Origin: Thermotogota bacterium
GTDB lineage: Bacteria > Thermotogota > Thermotogae > UBA12178
Reading direction: 5' to 3'
Assembly (NCBI GenBank): GCA_021161835.1
Contig: JAGGZV010000057.1
Span: 12,434-76,433, forward strand
Length of the DNA stretch: 64,000 nt
Of the stretch, positions 1 through 9,216 are shown in pieces. The position numbers and the translations under genes were made by a program. Within the stretch, counting starts at the first letter, position 1; the number at the start of each line of letters is the position of its first letter. The notes beneath the pieces were generated by a model. The model ran no database searches and was not told where the DNA came from. It saw only the letters and a program-made list of their open reading frames with translations.

Positions 1-514
1 GTGTTTCATTGAGAATTCTCACACATTCGAGTTGTTTCATCTCCCCTTCTTCGTTTAACCCATAACCGCTTTTGGTCTCACAGGTTGTTACACCTTTTCT
101 GAACATCGAGTCCAGGAAACGTCTGTTGAAATGGACCATCTCATGAAGAGGGACTTTCCTAACCTCTGAAACGGTGCTGTAAATGCCCCCTCCTGCTTTG
201 AGAATTTCCATGTATTCTTTCCCTTCGGCCCTCATTAGGAATTCTTCGTACCTGAAAGCGTAGAAAGGAAGATGCGTATGAGCATCCACGAATCCAGGTA
301 ACGCCACTAGCCGCGAACCGTCCACTCTAAGTGTGGGATCGTATTCGTCGGATTCATGTGTTATCTCCACTATTTTTCCGCCATCTACAACTATGGATAC
401 GCCTTTTACAACTTCAAGATCGCGCATCCTCGTTCCCTTCGCCGGTAGTCTGGATGTTCCAGGTGTTACGAGTTCTTTCAGGTTCTCTATGAGCAGGTCA
501 ACTTTCTTCCCCAC
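1..514 (-). CDS. hutI: Imidazolonepropionase, N-terminal ~171 codons (gene runs off the left edge)
   Basis: This ORF is not in the ORF track because it is open at the window edge. Minus-strand translation from GTG 514-512 gives VGKKVDLLIENLKELVTPG...RLVALPGFVDAHTHLPFYAFRYEEFLMRAEGKEYMEILKAGGGIYSTV...CETKSGYGL. That matches the HutI amidohydrolase N-terminus, including the DAHTH metal motif. The start overlaps the ftcD stop codon. Confidence 0.8.
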   Translation of the reverse strand, partial: MGKKVDLLIENLKELVTPGTSRLPAKGTRMRDLEVVKGVSIVVDGGKIVEITHESDEYDPTLRVDGSRLVALPGFVDAHTHLPFYAFRYEEFLMRAEGKEYMEILKAGGGIYSTVSEVRKVPLHEMVHFNRRFLDSMFRKGVTTCETKSGYGLNEEGEMKQLECVRILNET

Positions 515-1424
515 CCGCTATTACCTCCAGTAATTTGTATTCCACGATTTTTTTGGGGTCGAAAGCTTCGAACTGCATGTAGAAATCAGCTATATCCACC
601 AGGGCTCCCAACGGCATCATTCCGACGATCTCTGTTCCCACCACGGGAACACCGTAACGCTGTGCTTCACGCTTTATGACTTCAAAGACACGGAAAAGGG
701 GCGATTTCTTGTAATTGGTCATATTCATGGAAACCTGCACGATTCCCCTTTCCTTGAGCTCGAATCCCAGTGCTTTGACATACCTGAATCCTCCACTCTT
801 ATGCCGCACGGCTTTGGCGATTTTCTTCGCTATCTCCAGGTTGTCTGTACCGAGATTAACGTTGAAGGCTATGAGGAATTCTCGAGCACCAACGGCCGTC
901 ACACCCGCTGTGGGATGGACCGTTTCGGGACCATAATCCGGTTTCCAGTTAGGATCTTTGATCTTCTCGAAGAATCCTTCAAATTCGCCTTTTCGAATAT
1001 TTGCCAGATTTTCACGTTCAGGTGTGGTAGCGGAACGTTCATACAGAAACACGGGTATGGAAAGTTCTTCTCCGATCCTTTTAGCGAGTTTGTGTGAATA
1101 TTCCACACATTCATCCATTGTGGTGTTCCAGAGTGGAACCAAGGGTATGACATCCGTTGCTCCCATGCGTGGATGTTCACCTGTATGCTTTTGAAGATCT
1201 ATCACTTCCGATGCCTTCTTCGTCATGTCGAAAAGGGCGTTCAGCAAAGGATCGGGTTCACCTGCGAGAGTGATAACCGATCGGTTGTGGTCATGATCCA
1301 TAGACCAATCCAGGATCCACACATTCTCGTACTTTCTTGCTTCCGCCACGATGGCTTCTACCACTTCCCGCCTCCTGCCCTCACTGAAATTGGGAACGGA
1401 TTCCACGAGTTTCACACTGCTCAC
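498..1424 (-). CDS. ftcD: Glutamate formimidoyltransferase
   Basis: The 308-aa ORF has the N-terminal VESVPNFSEGRR signature and the length typical of formiminotransferase. It is translationally coupled to hutI, which fits a histidine-utilisation context. Confidence 0.85.
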   Translation of the reverse strand: MSSVKLVESVPNFSEGRRREVVEAIVAEARKYENVWILDWSMDHDHNRSVITLAGEPDPLLNALFDMTKKASEVIDLQKHTGEHPRMGATDVIPLVPLWNTTMDECVEYSHKLAKRIGEELSIPVFLYERSATTPERENLANIRKGEFEGFFEKIKDPNWKPDYGPETVHPTAGVTAVGAREFLIAFNVNLGTDNLEIAKKIAKAVRHKSGGFRYVKALGFELKERGIVQVSMNMTNYKKSPLFRVFEVIKREAQRYGVPVVGTEIVGMMPLGALVDIADFYMQFEAFDPKKIVEYKLLEVIAGGEES

Positions 1425-1457
1425 CTCCCAATTAGGAATCGATGATTATATGCGGAT

Positions 1458-1486
1458 TCTGAACGTCGGTGTAAAATGCTATAATA
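1458..1486 (+). promoter_or_regulatory. Candidate sigma-70 promoter for the ABC operon (TTCTGA-17-TATAAT, with TG at -15/-14)
   Basis: atgcTATAAT lies at 1481-1486 with an extended -10 TG. The -35 element (TTCTGA, 1458-1463) is weak. The site is 70 nt upstream of the ABC ATPase start. Confidence 0.3.
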
Positions 1487-1555
1487 TGCGTGATTCAAAA
1501 AGGTGCCTTTACAGTAAAAAATTATAACAACTGGAGATGAAGGGGGAGAAACAAG

Positions 1556-2305
1556 GTGATAAAGGCGAGAAAACTGAGAAAACGTTTCGGTGATCTCGAA
1601 GCGGTTAAGGGGATAGATCTCACTGTGAAGCCTGGCGAAATATACGGTTTCCTGGGACCCAACGGTGCAGGTAAAACCACCACCATACGCATGTTGACTG
1701 GAAGCCTGAAGCCCACAGAAGGAGAAGTGGAGGTACTCGGAATGAACATGAGAACCCATGAAATAGAGATTAAGAGAGCGATAGGAGTTGTACCGGATGA
1801 ACCAAAACTGTACGAAAACCTGCGTGGAAGAGAATATCTGGAGTTCATAATGAATATATACAGGGTCCCACGCCGGGAAACTTTGAAGCGGTTGCAGGAA
1901 CTGTGTGAAGCCTTCAGCGTGGATTATCTCAACGCCTTCATAGGTGAATATTCACACGGTATGAAGCAAAAACTCGTGGTTGTATCGGTGTTGATGAGAC
2001 GTCCTCGAGTGATATTTCTGGATGAGCCCACCGTTGGTCTGGATGCCAGAAGTGCGAAAATCTTGAAATTGTTGTTGAGAAAGTACGCCGATGAAGGAGG
2101 AAGCATTTTCATGACTACACACGTTCTGGAAGTGGCTGAAAGGATGTGCGACAGAATAGGTATCATCAACAAAGGGATCCTGATAGCCGAAGGAACGCTG
2201 GAAGAACTCAGAAAATTGAGTAAAGAGGGCCATGAAAACCTGGAAGATCTCTTCCTGGAGTTGACAGGGCAGGGCGAATTCGACGAGATAATAAATGCTC
2301 TATGA
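1556..2305 (+). CDS. ABC transporter ATP-binding protein
   Basis: The 249-aa ORF has a Walker A motif (GPNGAGKTT), an LSGG-like signature (YSHGMKQKL) and a Walker B motif (VIFLDEPTVGLD). Confidence 0.9.
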   Translation: MIKARKLRKRFGDLEAVKGIDLTVKPGEIYGFLGPNGAGKTTTIRMLTGSLKPTEGEVEVLGMNMRTHEIEIKRAIGVVPDEPKLYENLRGREYLEFIMNIYRVPRRETLKRLQELCEAFSVDYLNAFIGEYSHGMKQKLVVVSVLMRRPRVIFLDEPTVGLDARSAKILKLLLRKYADEGGSIFMTTHVLEVAERMCDRIGIINKGILIAEGTLEELRKLSKEGHENLEDLFLELTGQGEFDEIINAL

Positions 2306-2327
2306 ATTTTTTCGGGGGTGTAGGAAG

Positions 2328-3896
2328 ATGATGCGGGATTTTTTTGTTCTTCTCAGATACTCTACCCTGAACATGGCGCGTTCGCGAAGTAGCAGAAAAT
2401 TCGGTAAATTTTCTTCCTCCTCACCGCTTCTGTACGCTCTAACAATGACCTTGCTTCCCATGGTGGCCTTTGGAATCCCATTGTATTTCATATTTTCCAG
2501 TACGATAAATGAAGAGATTCTTTTGCAAGTGCTACCGTATGGTAGCGTGCGTATTGTAGATTTGCTGGTTTCGTCGATGATTTCGACGATGACGGTGTTG
2601 TACCTTCTTTCCAGTACCCCGATGTTCGTTTACAATCTCTTCGATTCAAAGGACATGGAAATGCTTCTGACATTGCCTGTGAGAAGGTTACATATCCTGC
2701 TTTTGAAAGTTCTGGAATCTCTTTCATTGTCCTCAATACAGCTGACAATGTTGATATTGATATTTGCTTTCTACGGTAACGTTGTCATGGGAGGTACGCT
2801 GGGGCTACTGTGTGGTTTTGCGGTGGGGATAGCCTTCTGGATACTGATGCTGGAAATCTCCATTCTCCTGGCAGCGGTGTTGAGCAGATTCATGGGACGT
2901 ACCATTGCACGCCGTGTGGCTTTCGTAGCTTATTTTGTTTCTGTGATGATCTGGGTGCTGATCATCAACACCGTGAAACCTTCGGCAGACACAGGAATGG
3001 ACGTTCTGGAAAAGTTGAAGGATTATACTAGGCTTCTGACTTCGGTTTTTTGGCCCCACGAATGGTTTCTGAAAATACTCGATGGTAATGCGGTTTTTCT
3101 GGCAGGATTGGTTCCCGTGTTTATGATGCCCATTTTCATAAACCGTATTATCGGGAATGCCGACTTTCTATCCAGACCTTCCACCAAAAGGAGGGCAAAG
3201 CCAAGCTTCGAATGGAGGGGATCGTCTTTTCCCCTCTTAAAAAAGGACATTATGCTCTGGAGGCGAGAACCCCAGGCCATGTACATGCTGGCTTATCCAT
3301 TTATAATGGCTGCGATATTCATTTTCCAGGGACAACCTCTCAGTGGAACGATCATTTTCGTGGCTATAACGGGATTGTATGCCGCTGTAACCATAGGATT
3401 ATTGCTAAGGCACGAGATGCTTCTCTGGCCATTACCACGAACTTATCCGGTGAAAATGTGGGAACTCGTGATTCCAAAGATTCTGATTCCAACCTTCGGA
3501 TTCGGTGTGGGTTACGCGTTATTGGCAATTCTGTACTACGTATTAAAGGATCGAAGTGCGTTCACGCTGGTTTCTATACCTCTGGTTCTGCTGATCATAT
3601 TCAGTTGCACACTGCTTGGAGCACGCATCTTTCTCAAAAATCCCCGGCGTTCGAAGGAGTTGCGTAGGATGCTGAATCCCACAGAAATGCTCATCATACA
3701 GGCGTTCGTGATGAGCTGGGCAATGGGAAGCGTTGGTTTGCCAACGATCTTCATAAAACTGGGAAGTGTGTCAGAGTTATGGAAAGTGCTGGGAGTTTAT
3801 GTGTCACCTGCTGGTACTGTCATATGGATGATATTTTATTCGATAAACGCGATAAAACGTATAGGAACGGCTCTGTATCGAATGGAAAACTTCTGA
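2328..3896 (+). CDS. Large polytopic membrane protein, putative permease partner of the ABC ATPase
   Basis: The ORF is 533 aa in the ORF track, about 522 aa from this start, and has many hydrophobic segments. It follows or overlaps the ATPase stop. The start was chosen at ATGATG 2328, downstream of GGGGGTG. I did not recognise a family signature. Confidence 0.6.
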   Translation: MMRDFFVLLRYSTLNMARSRSSRKFGKFSSSSPLLYALTMTLLPMVAFGIPLYFIFSSTINEEILLQVLPYGSVRIVDLLVSSMISTMTVLYLLSSTPMFVYNLFDSKDMEMLLTLPVRRLHILLLKVLESLSLSSIQLTMLILIFAFYGNVVMGGTLGLLCGFAVGIAFWILMLEISILLAAVLSRFMGRTIARRVAFVAYFVSVMIWVLIINTVKPSADTGMDVLEKLKDYTRLLTSVFWPHEWFLKILDGNAVFLAGLVPVFMMPIFINRIIGNADFLSRPSTKRRAKPSFEWRGSSFPLLKKDIMLWRREPQAMYMLAYPFIMAAIFIFQGQPLSGTIIFVAITGLYAAVTIGLLLRHEMLLWPLPRTYPVKMWELVIPKILIPTFGFGVGYALLAILYYVLKDRSAFTLVSIPLVLLIIFSCTLLGARIFLKNPRRSKELRRMLNPTEMLIIQAFVMSWAMGSVGLPTIFIKLGSVSELWKVLGVYVSPAGTVIWMIFYSINAIKRIGTALYRMENF

Positions 3897-3897
3897 G

Positions 3898-4578
3898 ATG
3901 TTGTGTGAACTTTTGAAATCATATGGTATAGAGATGAATAAAGAAAAAATTCACAAACTGGAAATCTTTATCGATGCGATGATGACCACACCTTTCAATT
4001 TGACAGCAGTTAAAACGCTGTCGGAAGCTTATTTGAAGCATGTCATAGAGATTCTCCTGCCCTTCAGAGGACGTACTCTCAGGGGGACACTGGTGGATGT
4101 GGGAAGCGGGGGTGGTGTTCCTGCTGTGCCTTTGGCCATAGTTTTTGAAAATTTAGAGGTTTGGGCAATCGAATCGGTGAGAAAAAAGACAGAATTTTTG
4201 GCAAAGGTGGTCGAGGATCTTCACTTGAGAGTGCATGTACTCAATGGGAGGGCAGAGGAGCTGGCACATGTGAAGGACTACAGAGAGCGCTTCGACTACG
4301 CCACATCGAGAGCTCTAGGTAAACTACCGGTGGCACTCGAATTGATGGCGGGATTCGTGAAAAAAGGAGGATGTTTGTTATTGTACAAGGGCAAAAAATA
4401 CGATGAGGAACGCAGAAATATGTATACTGCACTGCAAAAGCTGGCATTGGAAGAGGAAAAATCGGTGCGTTATCGCACAGCTTCGAAAGATCTGGTGCTC
4501 GCCATCTTCAGAAAAACGGGGGTTCTCGACATGCGATATCCAAGGCGTCCAGGTATACCCGAAAAACGCCCGCTTTGA
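3898..4578 (+). CDS. rsmG: 16S rRNA (guanine527-N7)-methyltransferase RsmG/GidB
   Basis: The 226-aa ORF contains NLTAVKT...HVIEILL and the SAM motif VDVGSGGGVPAVPLAIV, both typical of RsmG. Confidence 0.85.
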   Translation: MLCELLKSYGIEMNKEKIHKLEIFIDAMMTTPFNLTAVKTLSEAYLKHVIEILLPFRGRTLRGTLVDVGSGGGVPAVPLAIVFENLEVWAIESVRKKTEFLAKVVEDLHLRVHVLNGRAEELAHVKDYRERFDYATSRALGKLPVALELMAGFVKKGGCLLLYKGKKYDEERRNMYTALQKLALEEEKSVRYRTASKDLVLAIFRKTGVLDMRYPRRPGIPEKRPL

Positions 4579-4581
4579 GTA

Positions 4582-5190
4582 TCAGAACAGCATCCTCCAC
4601 AGATAGCTCAACAATATTCCCAGGAGAGGACTCAAAATCCAGTTTATATCTTTCTTCTTTTCGAATCCCACCCTGTATGCCAGACCGGCTATCGCAGATA
4701 TTAAAACCCAGAAATGCATACCAGCAAAGGCGAAGATGTATATGGCCAGCCTTTCGGAGATCCCCACACTGTCTTTGTAATCCTCTTCCATCATTTCACG
4801 GAACAGGAAGGTCAGTCCTGCTGTAACGATGAGCATACCCAGCAGATACATGGAGAATTCGGGGGTAATGTAAGAGCTTTCAAATCGTGTTTTAAATAAC
4901 ACAGTATATATGAACGCCGTGCCCAATGCCAGTATTTCTAGAATGTGGTGAATCACCCCATAACGCCTCAGGATGTCCAGGAAAATGTGTATCAGTAGAA
5001 AGGATATGAAGATCATGAACCCTGCTGTATCCTTCAGCAACACATCGAACGTGAATGCGAGTATGACCAGTGTTGACCACACCAGATGTCCGAAGAACTT
5101 CCCTGCGGGGAGTCTTCCAATGCGATGGTTGTTGACAAAAGCATGATCAGCGGCCAGATATGCCACCACGAAATGTGCCGGGAATATCAC
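4582..5190 (-). CDS. Integral membrane protein of unknown function (about 6 TM)
   Basis: The 202-aa ORF is hydrophobic. Its ATG overlaps the pyrG stop in an ATGA arrangement, so it is probably co-transcribed with pyrG. Confidence 0.6.
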   Translation of the reverse strand: MIFPAHFVVAYLAADHAFVNNHRIGRLPAGKFFGHLVWSTLVILAFTFDVLLKDTAGFMIFISFLLIHIFLDILRRYGVIHHILEILALGTAFIYTVLFKTRFESSYITPEFSMYLLGMLIVTAGLTFLFREMMEEDYKDSVGISERLAIYIFAFAGMHFWVLISAIAGLAYRVGFEKKKDINWILSPLLGILLSYLWRMLF

Positions 5191-6776
5191 CTCTTTTTCC
5201 CTCCTTCTGCAGCCTTCACCAGCTCGATGAATATGGGATGTGGTTGTCCTACCTTGGATTTAAATTCGGGATGAAATTGTACACCTATGAAAAATGGGTG
5301 ATCCTTCAATTCCACCGCTTCCACGAACTCCGAACGAGCAGATATTACAAGTCTGCCGTTGCTTTCTTTGACATCGCTCGCGAACAATTGTGGGAACTTT
5401 TCTTCGTTGACTTCGTATCTGTGTCTGTGACGTTCACGAACAATCTCTCGTCCTCCGTATATTTCGTACAATCGTGTTCCCTTTACTACTCTCATATCCT
5501 GTGCTCCCAATCGCATTGTACCTCCAAGTTTCAATATCTTTTTCTGACTTTCCATGAGATCTATCACGGGATACGGAGTCTCTGGATCGAATTCCGTTGA
5601 ATTGGCTCCTTTCAATCCTGTGACGTTTCTGGCATATTCTATAACCATGAGCTGCATACCAAGACATATACCAAGTATGGGGATCTTCTTTTCACGTGCT
5701 ACCTTTATCACCCTTATTTTGCCTTCTATTCCTCTTCGGCCAAATCCTCCAGGTATTATCAGCGCATCGTAAGTGGAAAGATAGGAATGAACGCTTTCAT
5801 CATCTTTGAAATCCTCTATGGTTTCTGCATCCACCACCGTTGGACGTTCCGCACCTGCCAGTACCACACTCTCTATTATACTTTTGTAGGCGTCATCGGT
5901 TCCCAGATATTTACCCACCAATGCGATTTTAACGGGTTTCAACATTCTCGGATAGTGCCATGTGAGTTCACAATTCTTTACCTTCAGGTTCAGAATATCT
6001 GAGATCTTTTCGTGGAGATCCAGTGCGTGCAAAACTTCCGGAACAGAATACACATTGTCCACATCCGGCAAATTCACAACCCTGTCTCTGTTTACACCAC
6101 CAAACAGGGCTACCTTGTCAAGCGAGGCCGAATCCATGGATGCCTCACTTCGAACCACGATAAAATCGGGGTTTATTCCTATCCTTCTCAAAAGTTGTAT
6201 GGATTGCTGTGTGGGTTTGGTTTTGAATTCGTTGGTTGTCTTAAGATATGGTACGTATGTGACATGTATGAAGACGAAATTATTTCTTCCCATTTCAAGT
6301 GATAGTTCCCTGACCGCCTCGAGAAATATTTCGCCTTCGATGTCTCCAACCGTACCGCCTATCTCCACTATACCCACTTCAGCTTTCATGGAGCGAATGT
6401 GAGATTTTATCTCTTCTGTTACATGTGGTACCATTTGGACCGTGGCGCCAAGAAACTTTCCTTCTCTTTCTTTGTTCACCACGTTACGGTACACCTGTCC
6501 AGCTGTTAGGTTGTTGTTTCTGGTCATGTTTCTACCGAGGAAGCGTTCATAATGTCCGAGATCCAGATCTGCTTCGTATCCATCTTCAGTGACAAACACT
6601 TCACCATGCTGATTGGGATTCATGGTACCTGCATCCACATTGAGATAGGGATCTATCTTGAGGGTTTCAACATCGAGCCCACAATCCTTTAACAGCCGGG
6701 CCAGTGAGGCGGAAAATATCCCTTTTCCTATACCACTTATTACTCCTCCCGTCACGATCACATACTTTTCTGCCAC
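5187..6776 (-). CDS. pyrG: CTP synthase
   Basis: KYVIVTGGVISGIGKG is at the N-terminus and the GATase motif GICLGMQ is in the C-terminal half. The start was set at GTG 6776, with GAGGTGGTAGG upstream, instead of the ORF-track start at 6887. Confidence 0.95.
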   Translation of the reverse strand: MAEKYVIVTGGVISGIGKGIFSASLARLLKDCGLDVETLKIDPYLNVDAGTMNPNQHGEVFVTEDGYEADLDLGHYERFLGRNMTRNNNLTAGQVYRNVVNKEREGKFLGATVQMVPHVTEEIKSHIRSMKAEVGIVEIGGTVGDIEGEIFLEAVRELSLEMGRNNFVFIHVTYVPYLKTTNEFKTKPTQQSIQLLRRIGINPDFIVVRSEASMDSASLDKVALFGGVNRDRVVNLPDVDNVYSVPEVLHALDLHEKISDILNLKVKNCELTWHYPRMLKPVKIALVGKYLGTDDAYKSIIESVVLAGAERPTVVDAETIEDFKDDESVHSYLSTYDALIIPGGFGRRGIEGKIRVIKVAREKKIPILGICLGMQLMVIEYARNVTGLKGANSTEFDPETPYPVIDLMESQKKILKLGGTMRLGAQDMRVVKGTRLYEIYGGREIVRERHRHRYEVNEEKFPQLFASDVKESNGRLVISARSEFVEAVELKDHPFFIGVQFHPEFKSKVGQPHPIFIELVKAAEGGKKR

Positions 6777-6790
6777 TTTCCTACCACCTC

Positions 6791-7645
6791 TCACACGGTA
6801 TCGAATTCTTCTATTAGATGTTGTTTGTTTTTCACACTTTCTATCATCGTTTTGAAAGCCCTGGGTGTTAAATTGAGAGTTTCCCATACCCGTAGATCTA
6901 TATCAACTATGGAAAAGTTGAAATCGTGTCCTCCATCCACAATGTTGGCTATGACGTTGCCCACGTGGACTATGTATACTATATCTCTGGAATTTTCGTC
7001 TTCAACCCTGTGAGGTGTGTGATGATTCCTCGCACTTTCAATTGTTATCTCCGATAATCCCCACACTTTGAACAGGGCGGCTGCCATTTCACCATGATGG
7101 GGTATTGGAAGCTCTTTTTCCACATCGTAGAAATTCACCTTGCTTTTTCTGGCGTACTCGAGGATCTTTCTCAGGAGTATGGGGTTCAGCATACCCATGA
7201 CTATCTTTCCAAGATCGTGTAGCAACCCCACCATAAAGGTTTCCTCTTTGTTCGGATATGATAGTATTTCAGAAACTACCTCGCAGGCCATTGCGGTCAA
7301 GACGAGATGTCTCCATAACCTTCTCTCATCCACTTGAGGAATGGGTTGAGAGAAATAACTTTCTTTGGTGAATATGCTCATAGCCAGGTTGCGAACTGTT
7401 TTGAAACCCAGAATCATAATGGCTTCACTCAATTTCGATACTTTCTTTGGGAGTGCATAATAGGCGGAATTGGCCAGTTTCAAAACCTTGGCACTCATCG
7501 AAGGATCCATGGATATAGCATCCTGCACCTGTTTAACGGTAGTATTGGGATCGGACACGAGCTGTATAATCCTTCTTACCACGAAGTTCGGTGTGGGTAA
7601 TTCTTCTATACCTTCGAGATATTTTTCAAGATCTACCGCGTTCAT
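6791..7645 (-). CDS. HDOD domain signalling protein
   Basis: The 284-aa ORF contains ...DPNTTVKQVQDAISMDPSMSAKVLKLANSAYYALPKKVSKLSEAIMILGFKTVRNLA... and HDLGK, the HDOD signature. Its ATG overlaps the kinase stop codon. Confidence 0.8.
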   Translation of the reverse strand: MNAVDLEKYLEGIEELPTPNFVVRRIIQLVSDPNTTVKQVQDAISMDPSMSAKVLKLANSAYYALPKKVSKLSEAIMILGFKTVRNLAMSIFTKESYFSQPIPQVDERRLWRHLVLTAMACEVVSEILSYPNKEETFMVGLLHDLGKIVMGMLNPILLRKILEYARKSKVNFYDVEKELPIPHHGEMAAALFKVWGLSEITIESARNHHTPHRVEDENSRDIVYIVHVGNVIANIVDGGHDFNFSIVDIDLRVWETLNLTPRAFKTMIESVKNKQHLIEEFDTV

Positions 7646-9150
7646 CTCGGTATCACCACGTGGAAGGTGGTACCCACTTTCTCCACGCTTTCATACCATA
7701 TCTGGCCTCCATGTGCTTCCACAATCTCTTTAGTTATGGTTAAACCAAGACCGGTTCCCGATACCTCGTATGTCAATTTCGAATCCACACGGTAGTATCG
7801 CTGAAAGATCCTGTCACCCACATGTTCGGGTATACCTATACCGTTATCAGCCACAATTATCTCCACCTCTGAATCTCTCGGATAAACGCTTATCTTTACC
7901 CATCTGTCACTTTTCTTTTTATCTGAATATTTTATAGCGTTGGAGACCAGGTTGTTTATAACCTTTCTGAACTGTCTTGGGTCTATTTCCACATGACACT
8001 GATCCTCCTCGGATTCGAACTCTATTCTGACACCGTTTTTTTCTGCAAAGGCTTGAAGTTTGTTCAACACTTCCCTGGTCAGTGAAACGATATCGGTTTT
8101 TTCTTTCTCCACCTTCAGTGTTCCCGATTCTATCCTCGAAAAATCCAGGAGTTCCTCCACTATCGACTCCAGGTGTTCGCTCTGCTTGAGAATTGTATCC
8201 AGGAACTCCTGCAGCGTTTCACTGTCCAAGTCTTCAAAGGAGTAAAGGAGTGTTTCAGTGTAGGCTTTTATAGCCGCCAGCGGTGTTCGAATTTCATGAG
8301 ATACATTGGCCACGAACTCTGTTTTCATGCGATCTATCTTCTTTATCCGTTCAAGTTCTTTGGTACCAGTTATATCACTAACGATCAGGAGGATCCTTTC
8401 TTCACCTTCCAGTCTCAGGGGTATTGTTTCTATTGAGTAGAAGCGTCCATCGGATGCTTCGTATTCTTTTGTTATACTCTCTTTTCTGAGAGCGCTTTCC
8501 TCAACTACACCGGCTATTTCCGTTTCCAGATCCTCACTTCGCTCGGCTTTTTTAAAGGCTTCGTTCATGTATACAATATCGCGTTCAACATCATACACGG
8601 CTATCTGATCACTGAAGGAATCCAGCAGTAGGTTCAGAAAACGTCTGGATTCTTCTATTATTGCATTGCGCTCCTTCAATTGATCGGCGAGAATCAGATT
8701 GGCGAGTGTATTGGCGGCTATTAAAGCGAAGATCTTGATGGTATCTTCGAGTTCCACGTCTATCTCACCCTGATTAGCCCCCACTATCATAACCGCCAGC
8801 ACTCGTCCTCTGAATATGAACGGTATGAGCACGAGTAACTCTTCGTTTTCCAGTGTAAAGAACGAAACGCTTTTTCGCTCTGCCACCCAGAACACGTAAC
8901 TTTCAAGTTCCTCAAAATCAGGAGCATTGAAGTGATGTACCACTTTATAGCCGCCCTCGTTTTCAAGAACTATGAGGTACCAGTTAAAATCCAGGATACT
9001 CTTGAGTATCCTCACAAAACCTTCATAAGAATCCTCGAGAGATTCAACGGCAACCATCTCCCGTAGAAAGGAGGAAATAACACGATTAAGGGATGAAGTA
9101 GATGTCCTCGGCTTTTCCATACGATTCCTCCGCGGCTCTTCTTTCTTCAA
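7642..9150 (-). CDS. Sensor histidine kinase (cytoplasmic; GAF/PAS-like N-terminal domains)
   Basis: An H-box (FVANVSHEIRTPL) and HATPase N, G1 and G2 boxes (NLVSNAIKY, DNGIGIP, GTGLGL) are present. No obvious TM segment is visible. Confidence 0.85.
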   Translation of the reverse strand: MKKEEPRRNRMEKPRTSTSSLNRVISSFLREMVAVESLEDSYEGFVRILKSILDFNWYLIVLENEGGYKVVHHFNAPDFEELESYVFWVAERKSVSFFTLENEELLVLIPFIFRGRVLAVMIVGANQGEIDVELEDTIKIFALIAANTLANLILADQLKERNAIIEESRRFLNLLLDSFSDQIAVYDVERDIVYMNEAFKKAERSEDLETEIAGVVEESALRKESITKEYEASDGRFYSIETIPLRLEGEERILLIVSDITGTKELERIKKIDRMKTEFVANVSHEIRTPLAAIKAYTETLLYSFEDLDSETLQEFLDTILKQSEHLESIVEELLDFSRIESGTLKVEKEKTDIVSLTREVLNKLQAFAEKNGVRIEFESEEDQCHVEIDPRQFRKVINNLVSNAIKYSDKKKSDRWVKISVYPRDSEVEIIVADNGIGIPEHVGDRIFQRYYRVDSKLTYEVSGTGLGLTITKEIVEAHGGQIWYESVEKVGTTFHVVIPR

Positions 9151-9216
9151 TAAAGTATAGCATGCACAAAAGGTGAATGATATAATTTGTTTGAATATTC
9201 CGCATGGGGGTATAGC

